NCBI GenBank assembly: GCA_039808365.1
Contig: JBDHSX010000002.1
Coordinates: forward strand, 21,580 to 85,579
Source: Xanthobacteraceae bacterium
GTDB taxonomy: Bacteria; Pseudomonadota; Alphaproteobacteria; Rhizobiales; Xanthobacteraceae
Direction of reading: 5' to 3'
DNA: 64,000 nt
Both the position numbers and the translations under genes were made by a program. The stretch's first letter is position 1, and the number at the start of each line of letters is the position of its first letter. Shown here one piece after another: positions 18,773-28,345 of the stretch. The notes beneath the pieces are model-generated. The model was not told the DNA's origin. It saw only the letters and a list, made by a program, of their open reading frames with translations, and ran no database searches.

Positions 18773-20197
18773 ATGGCCCCTTCCCGCAAGACCGCGCGCG
18801 CGCCGCGTGCCGCCACCCGCACCGAAACCGACAGTTTTGGCCCGATCGAGGTCGCCGCCGAGCGCTATTGGGGGGCGCAGACCGAGCGGTCGCGGCAGAA
18901 TTTCCGCATCGGGGCCGACCGGATGCCGATGCCGGTGGTGCGCGCGCTCGGCATCGTCAAGCTGGCGGCGGCGCAGACCAACCGGCAGCTCGGCCTGCTC
19001 GATAAGCGCCGCGCCGACGCGATCGCGCGCGCCGCGCGGGAGGTGATCGACGGCCAGCATGACGGCGAATTTCCGCTGGTGGTCTATCAGACCGGTTCCG
19101 GCACCCAGAGCAACATGAACCTCAACGAGGTGATCGCCAATCGCGCCAACGAACTGCTCGGTGCGCCGCGCGGCGCCAAGGCGCCGGTGCATCCCAACGA
19201 TCACGTCAACATGAGCCAGTCGTCGAACGACTCGTTTCCGACCGCGATGCATATCGCGGCCGCGCAGTGCATCGTCGCCGATCTGATCCCGGCGCTTGGC
19301 GCCCTCGCCAAGGCGCTGCGCAAAAAGGAGAAGGCGTTTTCGAAAATCGTCAAGATCGGCCGCACCCACACCCAGGACGCGACGCCCTTGACGCTCGGAC
19401 AGGAATTTTCCGGCTACGCCGCGCAGGTGGAAAGCGGCCTCGCACGACTGCGCGTCGGCTTGCGCGAACTCTATCCGCTGGCGCAGGGCGGCACCGCCGT
19501 CGGCACCGGCCTCAACAGCAAGCCAAAATTCGCAAAAACATTCGCCAAGCATGCAGCCGCGATTACCAAGCTGCCGTTCACCAGCGCGCCGAATAAATTC
19601 GAGGCGCTCGCCAGCAACGACGCTTACGTCTCGGTGCATGGCGCGATCAATTCGATCGCAACCGCGCTGTTCAAGATCGCCAATGACATCCGCTTTCTTG
19701 GCTCGGGGCCGCGTTCCGGCCTCGGCGAACTGATCCTGCCGGAAAACGAACCGGGGTCCTCGATCATGCCCGGCAAGGTCAACCCGACCCAGTGCGAGGC
19801 GATGACCATGGTCTGCTGCCGGGTGTTCGGCAATCAGGCGACGATCACCGTCGCCGGCAGCCAGGGTCATTTCGAGTTGAACGTCTACAAGCCGGTGCTG
19901 GCCTATTGCATGATCAATTCGATTCAATTGATGTCCGACGCGGTGCGGTCATTCACCGACCACTGTGTCGACGGCATTCGCGCCGACGAACCGCGCATTG
20001 GCGAATTGATGCAGCGCTCGCTGATGCTGGTCACGGCGCTGGCGCCGAAAATCGGCTACGACAACGCCGCCAAGGTCGCCAAAACCGCCCACGGTCGCGG
20101 CACCACCTTGAAGGAGGAGGCGATCCGGCTCGGCTTCGTCACCGCCGCCGAATTCGACCGCCTGGTGCGGCCCGAGAAGATGGTCCGCCCCGGCTGA
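18773..20197 (+). CDS. fumC: Class II fumarate hydratase
   Basis: 474 aa from MAPSRKTA. Contains [24 protein letters not shown] and the lyase-1 signature [16 protein letters not shown]. Confidence 0.93.
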   Translation: MAPSRKTARAPRAATRTETDSFGPIEVAAERYWGAQTERSRQNFRIGADRMPMPVVRALGIVKLAAAQTNRQLGLLDKRRADAIARAAREVIDGQHDGEFPLVVYQTGSGTQSNMNLNEVIANRANELLGAPRGAKAPVHPNDHVNMSQSSNDSFPTAMHIAAAQCIVADLIPALGALAKALRKKEKAFSKIVKIGRTHTQDATPLTLGQEFSGYAAQVESGLARLRVGLRELYPLAQGGTAVGTGLNSKPKFAKTFAKHAAAITKLPFTSAPNKFEALASNDAYVSVHGAINSIATALFKIANDIRFLGSGPRSGLGELILPENEPGSSIMPGKVNPTQCEAMTMVCCRVFGNQATITVAGSQGHFELNVYKPVLAYCMINSIQLMSDAVRSFTDHCVDGIRADEPRIGELMQRSLMLVTALAPKIGYDNAAKVAKTAHGRGTTLKEEAIRLGFVTAAEFDRLVRPEKMVRPG

Positions 20198-20464
20198 TTG
20201 GCCGCAAAAAACCCCGCGACCTTTCGGCTCGGTGGCGATTAGTTCCCTGAACAATTATGAATCATACGCATGAAGGACTGATAGATTCGGGAAACCAACA
20301 GTTCAACATCGCGTTATCGCCTCCAGCGGCGCGATTCCATTCACCTCCGTTTCAGCAAACGTCGATGAAGATGCCGGAATTACAGGGCCACTCGCAGCAG
20401 CGAGATTTTCTTGAAGTTTCGGGTTTGATATCCGGTCCGTTGTTTTCGGAACGCGGGGGCTGAA

Positions 20465-20650
20465 TTGGGCGATCTCGTCAACCTCAATCGGCACAGAAAA
20501 CGCGTCGCGCGCGAGCGATCCGCCCGACAGGCGGAGGAGAACCGCGCGCGCTTCGGCCGCAGCAAATCGGAGCGCGCGATCACCGACGACCGCGCGCGCA
20601 GGGACAACGCCCTGCTGGACCAGCATCGCATCGACAAGGATGAAACATGA
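20465..20650 (+). CDS. DUF4169-family small basic protein
   Basis: 61 aa with a TTG start. Reads GDLVNLNRHRKRVARERSARQAEENRARFGRSKSERA, the pattern I associate with DUF4169. Third-position GC is high. Its stop overlaps the next start (ATGA). Confidence 0.7.
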   Translation: MGDLVNLNRHRKRVARERSARQAEENRARFGRSKSERAITDDRARRDNALLDQHRIDKDET

Positions 20651-20904
20651 AATCGCCGGTGGTGAAGCGTTCGATTGTAATTGCCGGACACAAGACCAGC
20701 GTCAGCCTGGAGGAAGCCTTCTGGAATGGCATGAAGGAAATTTCCGCGCGACGCAACATGACCCTGTCGGAACTGGTCGGCGAGATCGACAGCAATCGCC
20801 AGCAGGGCAACCTGTCATCGGCGATCCGGCTGTTCGTGCTGGATTACTTCAGAAATCGCCCGCCGCCGCCGGTCGTCAACGGTGAAATCCGCCCCTCCGC
20901 CTGA
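20647..20904 (+). CDS. Ribbon-helix-helix domain protein (RHH_4-like)
   Basis: 85 aa. Reads KRSIVIAGHKTSVSLEEAFWNGMKEISARRNMTLSELVGEIDSNRQQGNLSSAIRLFVLDY, the pattern of the short RHH family often found next to DUF4169. Confidence 0.8.
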   Translation: MKSPVVKRSIVIAGHKTSVSLEEAFWNGMKEISARRNMTLSELVGEIDSNRQQGNLSSAIRLFVLDYFRNRPPPPVVNGEIRPSA

Positions 20905-20954
20905 GCGGCCGCCGGGATTCTGTCGCGAACGCGCGATGACGGCGTCTCGCGCGG

Positions 20955-23900
20955 CTATCGCGCGGGCGCAGGCGTCAGGATCAGCGGGGCGTGCGGCTTC
21001 GGCGCGGCCTTGGGAGCGGGCGGAGGTCGCACCTCGACCGGCGGCGGCAGCGGCGGAACGCCCTGCGGGGCCGGCGCATCCGCGACCGGCGGAGGTGTCG
21101 GAGGCCGGGCCGGCGCGACCTCCTTCGGCTTCGCCGGCGGCTCGGCGGGCAGCGGCGTCTGCGGCTTCGCCGGCGGCGGCGTGGCCTCGCCGCGCGAGAT
21201 CGCATCCAGCCGCCGCGTTTCGCGATCGATCGTCCGCAACGCCAGCCACGACGACAGGCCGGATACATCGACGCTGCGCGTCAGCGCGTCCGGCGTGCCG
21301 ACCGCGAAGATATCGAGATGCGGCGGGCCATTCTTTTCGGCGGCGCGCGAGGTGAGATTGGCCCGGATGTCGACCTGATCGGCGATGATGTCGTAACCGC
21401 CGGACACCACCGCGCGGGCGCTCTCCGCCTCCAGCGTGGTGGCCCCGACGCTGAAGCGGCCGTCCCGCAGCAGAAACGGAATCTGCGCCTGCCGGACCGC
21501 GAGGTCGCCGCGCTGCAATTCCGGCGCGACGATGCGTCGAAGCTGATCCTCGTTCTCGGCCTTGCCGGCGTCGCCGGCCTTGATCGCGATGTCGAATACA
21601 TCCGGATTGAGGCCGGCGATCCGCGCGGCGTCGAGGGTCAGCGTACCACTCCCGGTCAGCGCGCCGGTCAGCGCCGCGATGCTGCGGCCCTGGGTCGCGA
21701 AGGTCATCCGCATCGACGCCTTGCCGGACGGCATCGCCAGGCCGCGATAACGCAGCGCCGCGCCGTCGACGCCGTCGAGCCGCACCTCGCCGCTCAACGC
21801 CAGCCCGTCCGCCGTTTGCCGCGCGTCGATGTCGGCGCTTGCCGCGCCGCCGCCGATGCCGCCCTTCAGGGCGCTGATCGCGATCGCGCGGCCGTCGCTT
21901 TTCAGCACCCCACTCAAAGGTTGCAGTTCGAGCCCGGCCGGCAACTCGCCGCGCGCCGCCTGAAAACCGATCTGGCCGCGCCAGCCCTCCAGCGGGCTGC
22001 CGCCGAGCGGCGCGCCCTTGTTGCGTCCGGTCGCGCCGATCAGAAGCGCGAAGACCTGCGGCAGGTCGAGCCGCTCCATGCCAAGCTCGCCGTCGAAACC
22101 GCCGTCGTCGCCGAGCCTGACCTTGACGCGGCCGCGCAGCCGCGTGCCGGCGACCGAGGCGTCGATATCGTTGAATTGAACGGCATCGCCATCGCGGATG
22201 ACGCGCGACGACAGATTCACGCCTTGCGCCAGCGGGTTCGATGCGTCGAGGCCAAGCAACGGTGCGACGTTGGCGCCTTGCAGCTTGATAACAAGATCAG
22301 CGGCGTTTTGCGCCGCGCTGCCCCGCACGTCGGCGGCGAGCCGACCTGCCGACAGCGCGGCGTTGACCTGCCACGCCGCGTCCCATGTCCCGCGCGCCGA
22401 GCCGGTCAGCCGCGCCGCGCCGGGACCGGCAGCGATGGCACGGTCGAGCCCGAGCCAGCCGAGCGCCGCCGCGCCGTTGTCCGCCGACGCATCAATGGCG
22501 AGATCAAGCGGGGTTTTCACCAGCGCCTCACCGTCGCGCGCGCGCAACGCCTCACGCGACGGCGAGGCGCGCAGCGTGAGCGTGCCGCCGAGTTGCGGCA
22601 GGGTCCATTCCAGCGTCGCGCGCGCGCTGGCGCGGTCGGCGGCGGCGGCATCCTGGTCGAGCGCGAGCGTCAGTTTCGCCCGCGCGCCGCCCGGCTGTCG
22701 TGCGGCCTCCGCGCGCAGCCGCTCGGCCAACGATGGGGCCCACGGCGCGATCAATCCGGCGAGACCGGACACCGCGGGCGCCGCGGCCTGCAACGCCAGA
22801 TGACCCGTCGCGGTATCGCGGTGGAACGCGCCCGCGCCCTCCAGCGAGAGACCGCCGGCCTGACCGAGCCGCAACCCGTCCAGCGCGACCGTCTTGTCGT
22901 CGTAGCGAATCTTGCCGGCGAACGGCCGCAGTTCCTGGCCGGACATGATCGCCCGCGCGACATCAAAAGTGAGTTGCCCGCGATCCGGCCAATCCTGTTG
23001 CGGAATCCCGATGCCGCGCGCCAGCGCCGTGGCGGCGTCGAGATCGAGGCGGTCGGCGGCGAGATCGGCCTCGAAGCTGGACGCATTGCCGTCCTTGCGC
23101 GCCGTCCAGGCGATCCGCCCGGTGATGGCGCCGCCATCGACCTCGGCCTTGAGATCGTCGATCGCGATGCGATCCGACGCCAGATGCACATTGCCTGCGA
23201 CATGCAGCGGCTTCTGCTTTTGCGCCGGCGCGTCGCCGCGCCCCAACAGCCACGCGGTGAACGCGCCGGGATCGGAGGAGTCGATCCTGAGCGCGCCCTT
23301 GAAGCTGTCGTCGGCGTCGGATCGATCGTTCGCGCCGCCGGACGACGCCAGCGCACCCTGAATGCTGATGTCGGTCGCGCCCGGCGCGCGCGCCTCCAGT
23401 CGGTCGACGCTCCACGCGCCGCTCGCGGCGCGCAGCGTCAGATCGAGATCCTGCACCGCGCGGCCGCCAAGGATGATGCGCTCGGCGTTGACGTCGATGC
23501 GGCTCGGCAGCGGCGCCGGCGGCAGCGCGGCCAGCACGGCGCGCAGACCGGGCATCATCCGCGCCGGCTCGGCGGAGCCGCTCTGCCGCGCCAGAAGCTT
23601 GTCGGCGTCGAGTTGCTTCGCCGACAACAACGCCTGCAGCATCGGCTTCGCGCCGAAATGAAAGTCGGCAAGCCCGGTCAGTTTCATCACCGCGTCGTCC
23701 GCGCCATAGCCGATATCCAGTTGCGCCAGCGACGCCTTGGCCGGATCGGCCTTCAGTTTGGCGGACAGCCGCAGCGGCGTCACCGAATCCGGCGCGGTGC
23801 CGTCGGGCGCCGCCCGCGCCAGCGTCAGCACGCCGTCGAAGCGCGGCACCCGCGCCTCGAACGCCATCGCGCCGTCGAGATCGACCGTCCAGCCGTGCAG

Positions 23901-24527
23901 GCCGGGATCGAGGGTCAGCCGGACCCGCGCGCCGTCGCCATCCCGCGAGGACGAGACGCGAAACGGAAAGCGCGTGCCCGACACCGTGAAGTTGCCGTTG
24001 CCGCGAATCGATCCGGCGGGGCCGCGGACGTCGCCGCTGAACGCGATGTCGTTCAGTTCCAGCGTGCTGCGGCTCTGGGCGTCGTGCAGCGCCACGCGGC
24101 CGGTGAGATTGACCCGATCGACCGACAGCGCGGCGAGGTTGGCGTTGCCGGCGGACAGCGGCCAGTCGATCCGCCCGTTGCGGTCGAGACCGAGATCGAG
24201 CGCGACACCGTTGACGGTGAGTTCGGTGGCGCGCCACTCGCCGCGCATCAACGCGCCGAGGCTGAACTCGACGGCGAGATCGTCGGCGCGGATGCGGCCC
24301 GGATCGTTCGGGCCGCCCACCACGACCGACTGCAGGCGCAGCGACGGCGTCGGCAATAACCTTGCGTCGAATGATCCGCCGACGCGCACCGGCGCGCCCA
24401 GAACGCGGCTCGCCTCAAGCTCGAACTGCGGGCGAAACCGGGTCCAGTCGATGACGTAAGGACCGATCAGGGCCGCGACCAGCGCGATGATAAAAGCGAT
24501 TGCCAATCCGAGCAGGGTTGTCTGCAC
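20955..24527 (-). CDS. AsmA-family large envelope protein with a Pro-rich C-terminus
   Basis: 1190 aa with an N-terminal TM anchor (MQTTLLGLAIAFIIALVAALIGPYVIDW). The body is long, beta-rich and Ala/Gly/Leu/Asp-rich, as in AsmA-like proteins. The C-terminal ~90 aa is a Pro/Ala/Lys-rich low-complexity tail. Confidence 0.8.
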   Translation of the reverse strand: MQTTLLGLAIAFIIALVAALIGPYVIDWTRFRPQFELEASRVLGAPVRVGGSFDARLLPTPSLRLQSVVVGGPNDPGRIRADDLAVEFSLGALMRGEWRATELTVNGVALDLGLDRNGRIDWPLSAGNANLAALSVDRVNLTGRVALHDAQSRSTLELNDIAFSGDVRGPAGSIRGNGNFTVSGTRFPFRVSSSRDGDGARVRLTLDPGLHGWTVDLDGAMAFEARVPRFDGVLTLARAAPDGTAPDSVTPLRLSAKLKADPAKASLAQLDIGYGADDAVMKLTGLADFHFGAKPMLQALLSAKQLDADKLLARQSGSAEPARMMPGLRAVLAALPPAPLPSRIDVNAERIILGGRAVQDLDLTLRAASGAWSVDRLEARAPGATDISIQGALASSGGANDRSDADDSFKGALRIDSSDPGAFTAWLLGRGDAPAQKQKPLHVAGNVHLASDRIAIDDLKAEVDGGAITGRIAWTARKDGNASSFEADLAADRLDLDAATALARGIGIPQQDWPDRGQLTFDVARAIMSGQELRPFAGKIRYDDKTVALDGLRLGQAGGLSLEGAGAFHRDTATGHLALQAAAPAVSGLAGLIAPWAPSLAERLRAEAARQPGGARAKLTLALDQDAAAADRASARATLEWTLPQLGGTLTLRASPSREALRARDGEALVKTPLDLAIDASADNGAAALGWLGLDRAIAAGPGAARLTGSARGTWDAAWQVNAALSAGRLAADVRGSAAQNAADLVIKLQGANVAPLLGLDASNPLAQGVNLSSRVIRDGDAVQFNDIDASVAGTRLRGRVKVRLGDDGGFDGELGMERLDLPQVFALLIGATGRNKGAPLGGSPLEGWRGQIGFQAARGELPAGLELQPLSGVLKSDGRAIAISALKGGIGGGAASADIDARQTADGLALSGEVRLDGVDGAALRYRGLAMPSGKASMRMTFATQGRSIAALTGALTGSGTLTLDAARIAGLNPDVFDIAIKAGDAGKAENEDQLRRIVAPELQRGDLAVRQAQIPFLLRDGRFSVGATTLEAESARAVVSGGYDIIADQVDIRANLTSRAAEKNGPPHLDIFAVGTPDALTRSVDVSGLSSWLALRTIDRETRRLDAISRGEATPPPAKPQTPLPAEPPAKPKEVAPARPPTPPPVADAPAPQGVPPLPPPVEVRPPPAPKAAPKPHAPLILTPAPAR

Positions 24528-24613
24528 GGCGTCCTTCTCTCCCTGTCAACGATCCGGCGGGAGCAGATTTATAACAACAAGTTCGGCAAAGTCACAGCAG
24601 CGCGTCAAATTGC

Positions 24614-24672
24614 CGTTATTGCGAGCGAAGCGAAGGCTGGATCGCTTCGTCGCTTTGCTCCTCGCAATGACG
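24614..24672. repeat. Family-A palindromic repeat, short variant
   Basis: ccgttattgcgagcgaagcgaaggctggatcgcttcgtcgctttgctcctcgcaatgacgg. It lies 36 nt downstream of the MFS gene stop. Confidence 0.8.
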
Positions 24673-24707
24673 GCTTTGCAGCCTTTCGCGCGGACCAAAC
24701 CATGGCG

Positions 24708-26039
24708 TTATCCGGCGTCGGATGTCATGGCCTCGGCACGCCCGCGCTTGACCAGATGCGCGCGCCCGGCGACGGCACGCACCTTGCGGGGCGCGGCGAA
24801 CCAGACCGCCGCACAGCCGAGCAGGCTGAAGGCGATGGCCAGCAGGAAGGCGGCGGTGTAGTCGCCATACCAGTCATGCAGCAGACCGGTGATCCAGGGC
24901 CCGGCCGCGCCGCCCGCCAGTCCCGCCAGCATGATCGTGCCGAAGATGCTGCCGTACTGCCTGCCCTCGAAAATCTCGACCACCACCGAGGCCATCACCG
25001 CCGTCGATCCATAACCGATCAAGCCCTGCGCGAGCACCATGAGATAGACCAGCGCCATGCTGGGAACATAGGCCAGTCCGATCAGCGCGAGCAGGCAAAT
25101 GATGAATCCGAGCCCGCTGATGATCCAGATCCACTCGCGCCCGATCCGGTCGGAGAGATGACCGAGCACGATCTGGCTCGGGATGCCGAGCAGGCTGACC
25201 ACGCCCAGCGCCCACACCGCGACGTTGGAGCTGAAGCCGACCTCGATGAGATATTTGGTCTGGTGAACCTGCACCGCGTACCATGAATAAAGCCCGCAGA
25301 AGAACCCGAGCGACAGCCACCAGAACGGGGCGGTGCGCAACGCCCGCGACAGGGTCCAGTCGGTCGCGGCCCAGGCGGCATCGACCACCACCACCGTCGG
25401 CCGCCTCAGTTGCGCCGCCGCGCCGCCGCCGCCGTGGTCGTCGCCGTCGGGCATCAGCCCCATGTCCTGCGGGCGCTTGCGCACCATCAGGTTGATCGGC
25501 ACCAGCACCACCAGCATCGTGATGCCGAGCGCCGTCGAGGCCGACCGCCAGCCCGATTGCGCGATGACATAGCCGACCCATGGGAACATGATGATCGAAC
25601 CGATGCCGACGCCGGCGAAGGCCAGGCCCATCGCCAGTCCGCGCTGCCGGACGAACCAGTTCGGCAGATAGAGCGACTGTCCGGTATAGCTGAGGCAGAC
25701 GCTGCCGCCGCCGACCATCAGCCCCATGGTGAGATAGAGGTGCCAGACCTCGGTGGTCAGCGGCGCCAGCAGCAGACCACCGGCCATCAGCAGCACGCCG
25801 GTTTCCATCACCACGCGCGGACCGAGGCGGTCCATCATGCGGCCGATCAGCGGGCTGAAGATCGCGGACACGATGAAGCCGAACGAGAACGCGCCCGCCG
25901 TCAGGCCGCGCTCCCAATGAAACTCATCGACGATCGACGGGTAGAACAGCGAGAACGCCGTGCGCGCGTTGACACCGATGGCCATCGTCACGAACGTGAT
26001 CGCGACGATCACCCAGCCGTAGAAGAAGCGCACGCGCAT
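24708..26039 (-). CDS. MFS transporter (12-TM)
   Basis: Start chosen at MRVRFFYGWVIVAITFV, with an AAGGA SD upstream. Contains the MFS loop motif GRMMDRLGPR. Length ~443 aa. Confidence 0.85.
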   Translation of the reverse strand: MRVRFFYGWVIVAITFVTMAIGVNARTAFSLFYPSIVDEFHWERGLTAGAFSFGFIVSAIFSPLIGRMMDRLGPRVVMETGVLLMAGGLLLAPLTTEVWHLYLTMGLMVGGGSVCLSYTGQSLYLPNWFVRQRGLAMGLAFAGVGIGSIIMFPWVGYVIAQSGWRSASTALGITMLVVLVPINLMVRKRPQDMGLMPDGDDHGGGGAAAQLRRPTVVVVDAAWAATDWTLSRALRTAPFWWLSLGFFCGLYSWYAVQVHQTKYLIEVGFSSNVAVWALGVVSLLGIPSQIVLGHLSDRIGREWIWIISGLGFIICLLALIGLAYVPSMALVYLMVLAQGLIGYGSTAVMASVVVEIFEGRQYGSIFGTIMLAGLAGGAAGPWITGLLHDWYGDYTAAFLLAIAFSLLGCAAVWFAAPRKVRAVAGRAHLVKRGRAEAMTSDAG

Positions 26040-26172
26040 CGAGTGGCGATCCTTTTCGTCGCGAAGGCTCGAACACCCTCGGCGTCGCGATGTCAATCCG
26101 CCCCCAAAAAATTCCGGACGGCGTTCGATTTGAGGCGACCGGGAAGGTTCGGTCAATGACCTCGCGGGTCAA

Positions 26173-27591
26173 TCATGCCGGCGGCACGATCTTGCCGGGG
26201 TTGAAGATGTTCTGCGGATCGAGCGCCCGCTTCAGCGCCCGCATGGCGTCGAGCGCCTCGGGGCCCAGCTCGCCGAGCAGATACTTTTGCTTGCCCTGGC
26301 CGATGCCGTGCTCGCCGGTGCAGGTGCCGTCCATCGACTGCGCCCGCTCCACCAGCCGGTGCATGAACTCGTCGGCACGGGCCATTTCCTCGGGATCGTC
26401 GACATCGCACAACAGCGAACAGTGGAAATTGCCGTCGCCGACATGGCCGACGATGGGCGACAGCAGGTTGAGCCGGATCAGGTCGGCCTCGGTCTCGGTG
26501 ACGCAATCGGCCAGCCGCGAAATCGGCACGCAGACATCGGTCGCGACCACCCCGGCGCCGGGACGCAGGCCCCGCACCGCCCAATAGGCGTCGTGCCGCG
26601 CCTGCCACAGCCGGGTGCGGTCCTCCGGCCGCGTGGTCCATTCGAACGAACCGCCGCGACACTCCCGCGCGATCTCGCCGAAACGGCGGGTCTGCTCGGC
26701 GACCTCGACCTCGCTGCCGTGGAATTCCAGCAGCAGCAGCGGCGTCTCCGGCAGCGACAGTTTCGAATAGGCGTTGCAGGCTTTCACCTGCGCGGCGTTG
26801 AGCAGTTCGATGCGCGCCAGCGGAATCCCGGTCTGGATCGCCAGAATGGTGGCCTGACAGGCGCCCGCCACGGTTTCGAACGAACACGAGGCGGCGGCGA
26901 TGGTGTCCGGAATGCCGCGCAACCGGATGGTCAGTTCGGAGATGATGCCGAGCGTGCCCTCCGCGCCGACGAACAGATGCGTCAGGTCGTAACCGGCTGA
27001 CGACTTCTTCGCCCGGGTGCCGGTGGTGATGATCTCGCCGTCGCCGCGCACCACCTTCAGCGCCAGCACGTTATCGCGCATGGTGCCGTAGCGCACGGCG
27101 TTGGTGCCGGAGGCGCGGGTCGCGGTCATGCCGCCGATCGAGGCGTCCGCGCCCGGATCGATCGGGAAGAACACTCCCTGATCGCGCAAGTACTCGTTCA
27201 GCGCCTTGCGGGTGATGCCGGGCTGGATCACGCAGTCGAGGTCCTCGACGTGAACGGCGAGCACCTTGTTCATGTCGCGCAGGTCGATGCACACGCCGCC
27301 GGCGGGCGCGTTGATCTGCCCCTCCAGCGAGGTGCCGGTGCCGAACGCGATCACCGGCACGCCGTTGGCGGCGCAAATCCGCACCGTGTCCTGAATGTCG
27401 GCGGTCTCCTGCGCCATCACCACCGCGTCCGGCGGCTGCGATTTGAGCCAGGTCATGGTGTGGGCATGCTGCTCGCGCACCGCCTGCGAGGTCACCAGCC
27501 GGTTGCCGAACCGCGCCGCCAGCGCCGCCAGCGCCTTCGCCAGCGCGCCGGGGTCGGCATGGGGCAGATCGAACGGATTATGGACGTTCAT
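26173..27591 (-). CDS. FAD-linked oxidase (D-lactate dehydrogenase / GlcD family)
   Basis: 472 aa with an FAD-binding PCMH domain (VIAFGTGTSLEGQ) and a C-terminal FAD-oxidase domain (GTCTGEHGIGQGK, LDPQNIFNPGK). Confidence 0.9.
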   Translation of the reverse strand: MNVHNPFDLPHADPGALAKALAALAARFGNRLVTSQAVREQHAHTMTWLKSQPPDAVVMAQETADIQDTVRICAANGVPVIAFGTGTSLEGQINAPAGGVCIDLRDMNKVLAVHVEDLDCVIQPGITRKALNEYLRDQGVFFPIDPGADASIGGMTATRASGTNAVRYGTMRDNVLALKVVRGDGEIITTGTRAKKSSAGYDLTHLFVGAEGTLGIISELTIRLRGIPDTIAAASCSFETVAGACQATILAIQTGIPLARIELLNAAQVKACNAYSKLSLPETPLLLLEFHGSEVEVAEQTRRFGEIARECRGGSFEWTTRPEDRTRLWQARHDAYWAVRGLRPGAGVVATDVCVPISRLADCVTETEADLIRLNLLSPIVGHVGDGNFHCSLLCDVDDPEEMARADEFMHRLVERAQSMDGTCTGEHGIGQGKQKYLLGELGPEALDAMRALKRALDPQNIFNPGKIVPPA

Positions 27592-27715
27592 TCAAACTTT
27601 CCTCCCGGTCTTTCCGGCGACGCGATCGTGGCAAGGATGTACAATCGATCCGACGATCCCACAAACCCATAGCATAGTCGAACCGGACGGCCATGCGCTT
27701 AACCAAGGATTCGCC

Positions 27716-28225
27716 ATGACGATCAATGCCGCCGCAGCGTCGCCGCTGGAACAGGTCCCTTTCCTCGTACCGGTGATGCGGATCGAGCCGGCGTGGATCG
27801 ACTATAACGGCCACCTCAACATGGCCTACTATCATGTGCTGTTCGATCGCGGGGTCGACGCGCTGTGGGCCGAACTGGGGATCGGCCCGGACTATCTCGC
27901 GACGCGCGGCGGCTCGACGTTCACGGCGGAATGTCATGTGCGCTACCTGCGCGAGGTGCATCTCGACGATCCGGTGCGGGTCTCGATCCTGCTGGTGGCG
28001 GCCGACGACAAGCGCCTGCACACGTTCCAGGAACTGCGCCACGCCACCGAAGGCTGGCTGTCGGCCACCTCGGAGAACATGTCACTTCATGTCGACATGG
28101 CGGCGCGCAAGACCGCGCCGTTTCCGCCCGACATCCGCGCACGGATCGCGGCGGTGACCAAGGCCCATGACGCCTGCCCGCGTCCCGAGGGGCTCGGCCG
28201 CGGCATCGGGATGCCGGCGAAATAG
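27716..28225 (+). CDS. Hotdog-fold acyl-CoA thioesterase family protein (4HBT/YbgC-like)
   Basis: Starts MTINAAA. Reads VMRIEPAWIDYNGHLNMAYYHVLFD...ECHVRYLREVHLDDPV, typical of 4HBT thioesterases. Length 169 aa. Confidence 0.8.
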   Translation: MTINAAAASPLEQVPFLVPVMRIEPAWIDYNGHLNMAYYHVLFDRGVDALWAELGIGPDYLATRGGSTFTAECHVRYLREVHLDDPVRVSILLVAADDKRLHTFQELRHATEGWLSATSENMSLHVDMAARKTAPFPPDIRARIAAVTKAHDACPRPEGLGRGIGMPAK

Positions 28226-28345
28226 CCGGTTCCACGGCTTAAGGTGGGAAAACCCACCGGTCCGCCCTATATCTGGTCGAATCCTGCCGCAGGAGTCTCC
28301 CCTTCAAGGGCTCGCGATGCCATCGTGAGCTTGAGATTGATTCGC

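Noticed and set aside
20257-20463. 68-aa ORF immediately upstream of the DUF4169 gene, which would make a three-gene cassette
   Set aside because: Third-codon positions are only about half G/C by my hand count, unlike real genes here. I see no SD and no recognisable features. I treat it as an AT-rich leader/promoter region.
20465-20904. Calling the DUF4169/RHH pair a toxin-antitoxin system
   Set aside because: Only the architecture (small, overlapping, RHH partner) fits. No toxin fold or motif is recognisable and the locus is not in a mobile context. I kept it as a finding but not as a TA call.
20991-24359. 1122-aa plus-strand ORF, the largest in the region
   Set aside because: It is antisense to the AsmA-family gene. 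The translation is Arg/Gly/Ala/Pro-rich low complexity with no motifs. This is the typical shadow ORF of a high-GC gene, whereas the minus-strand frame has a TM anchor and sensible composition.
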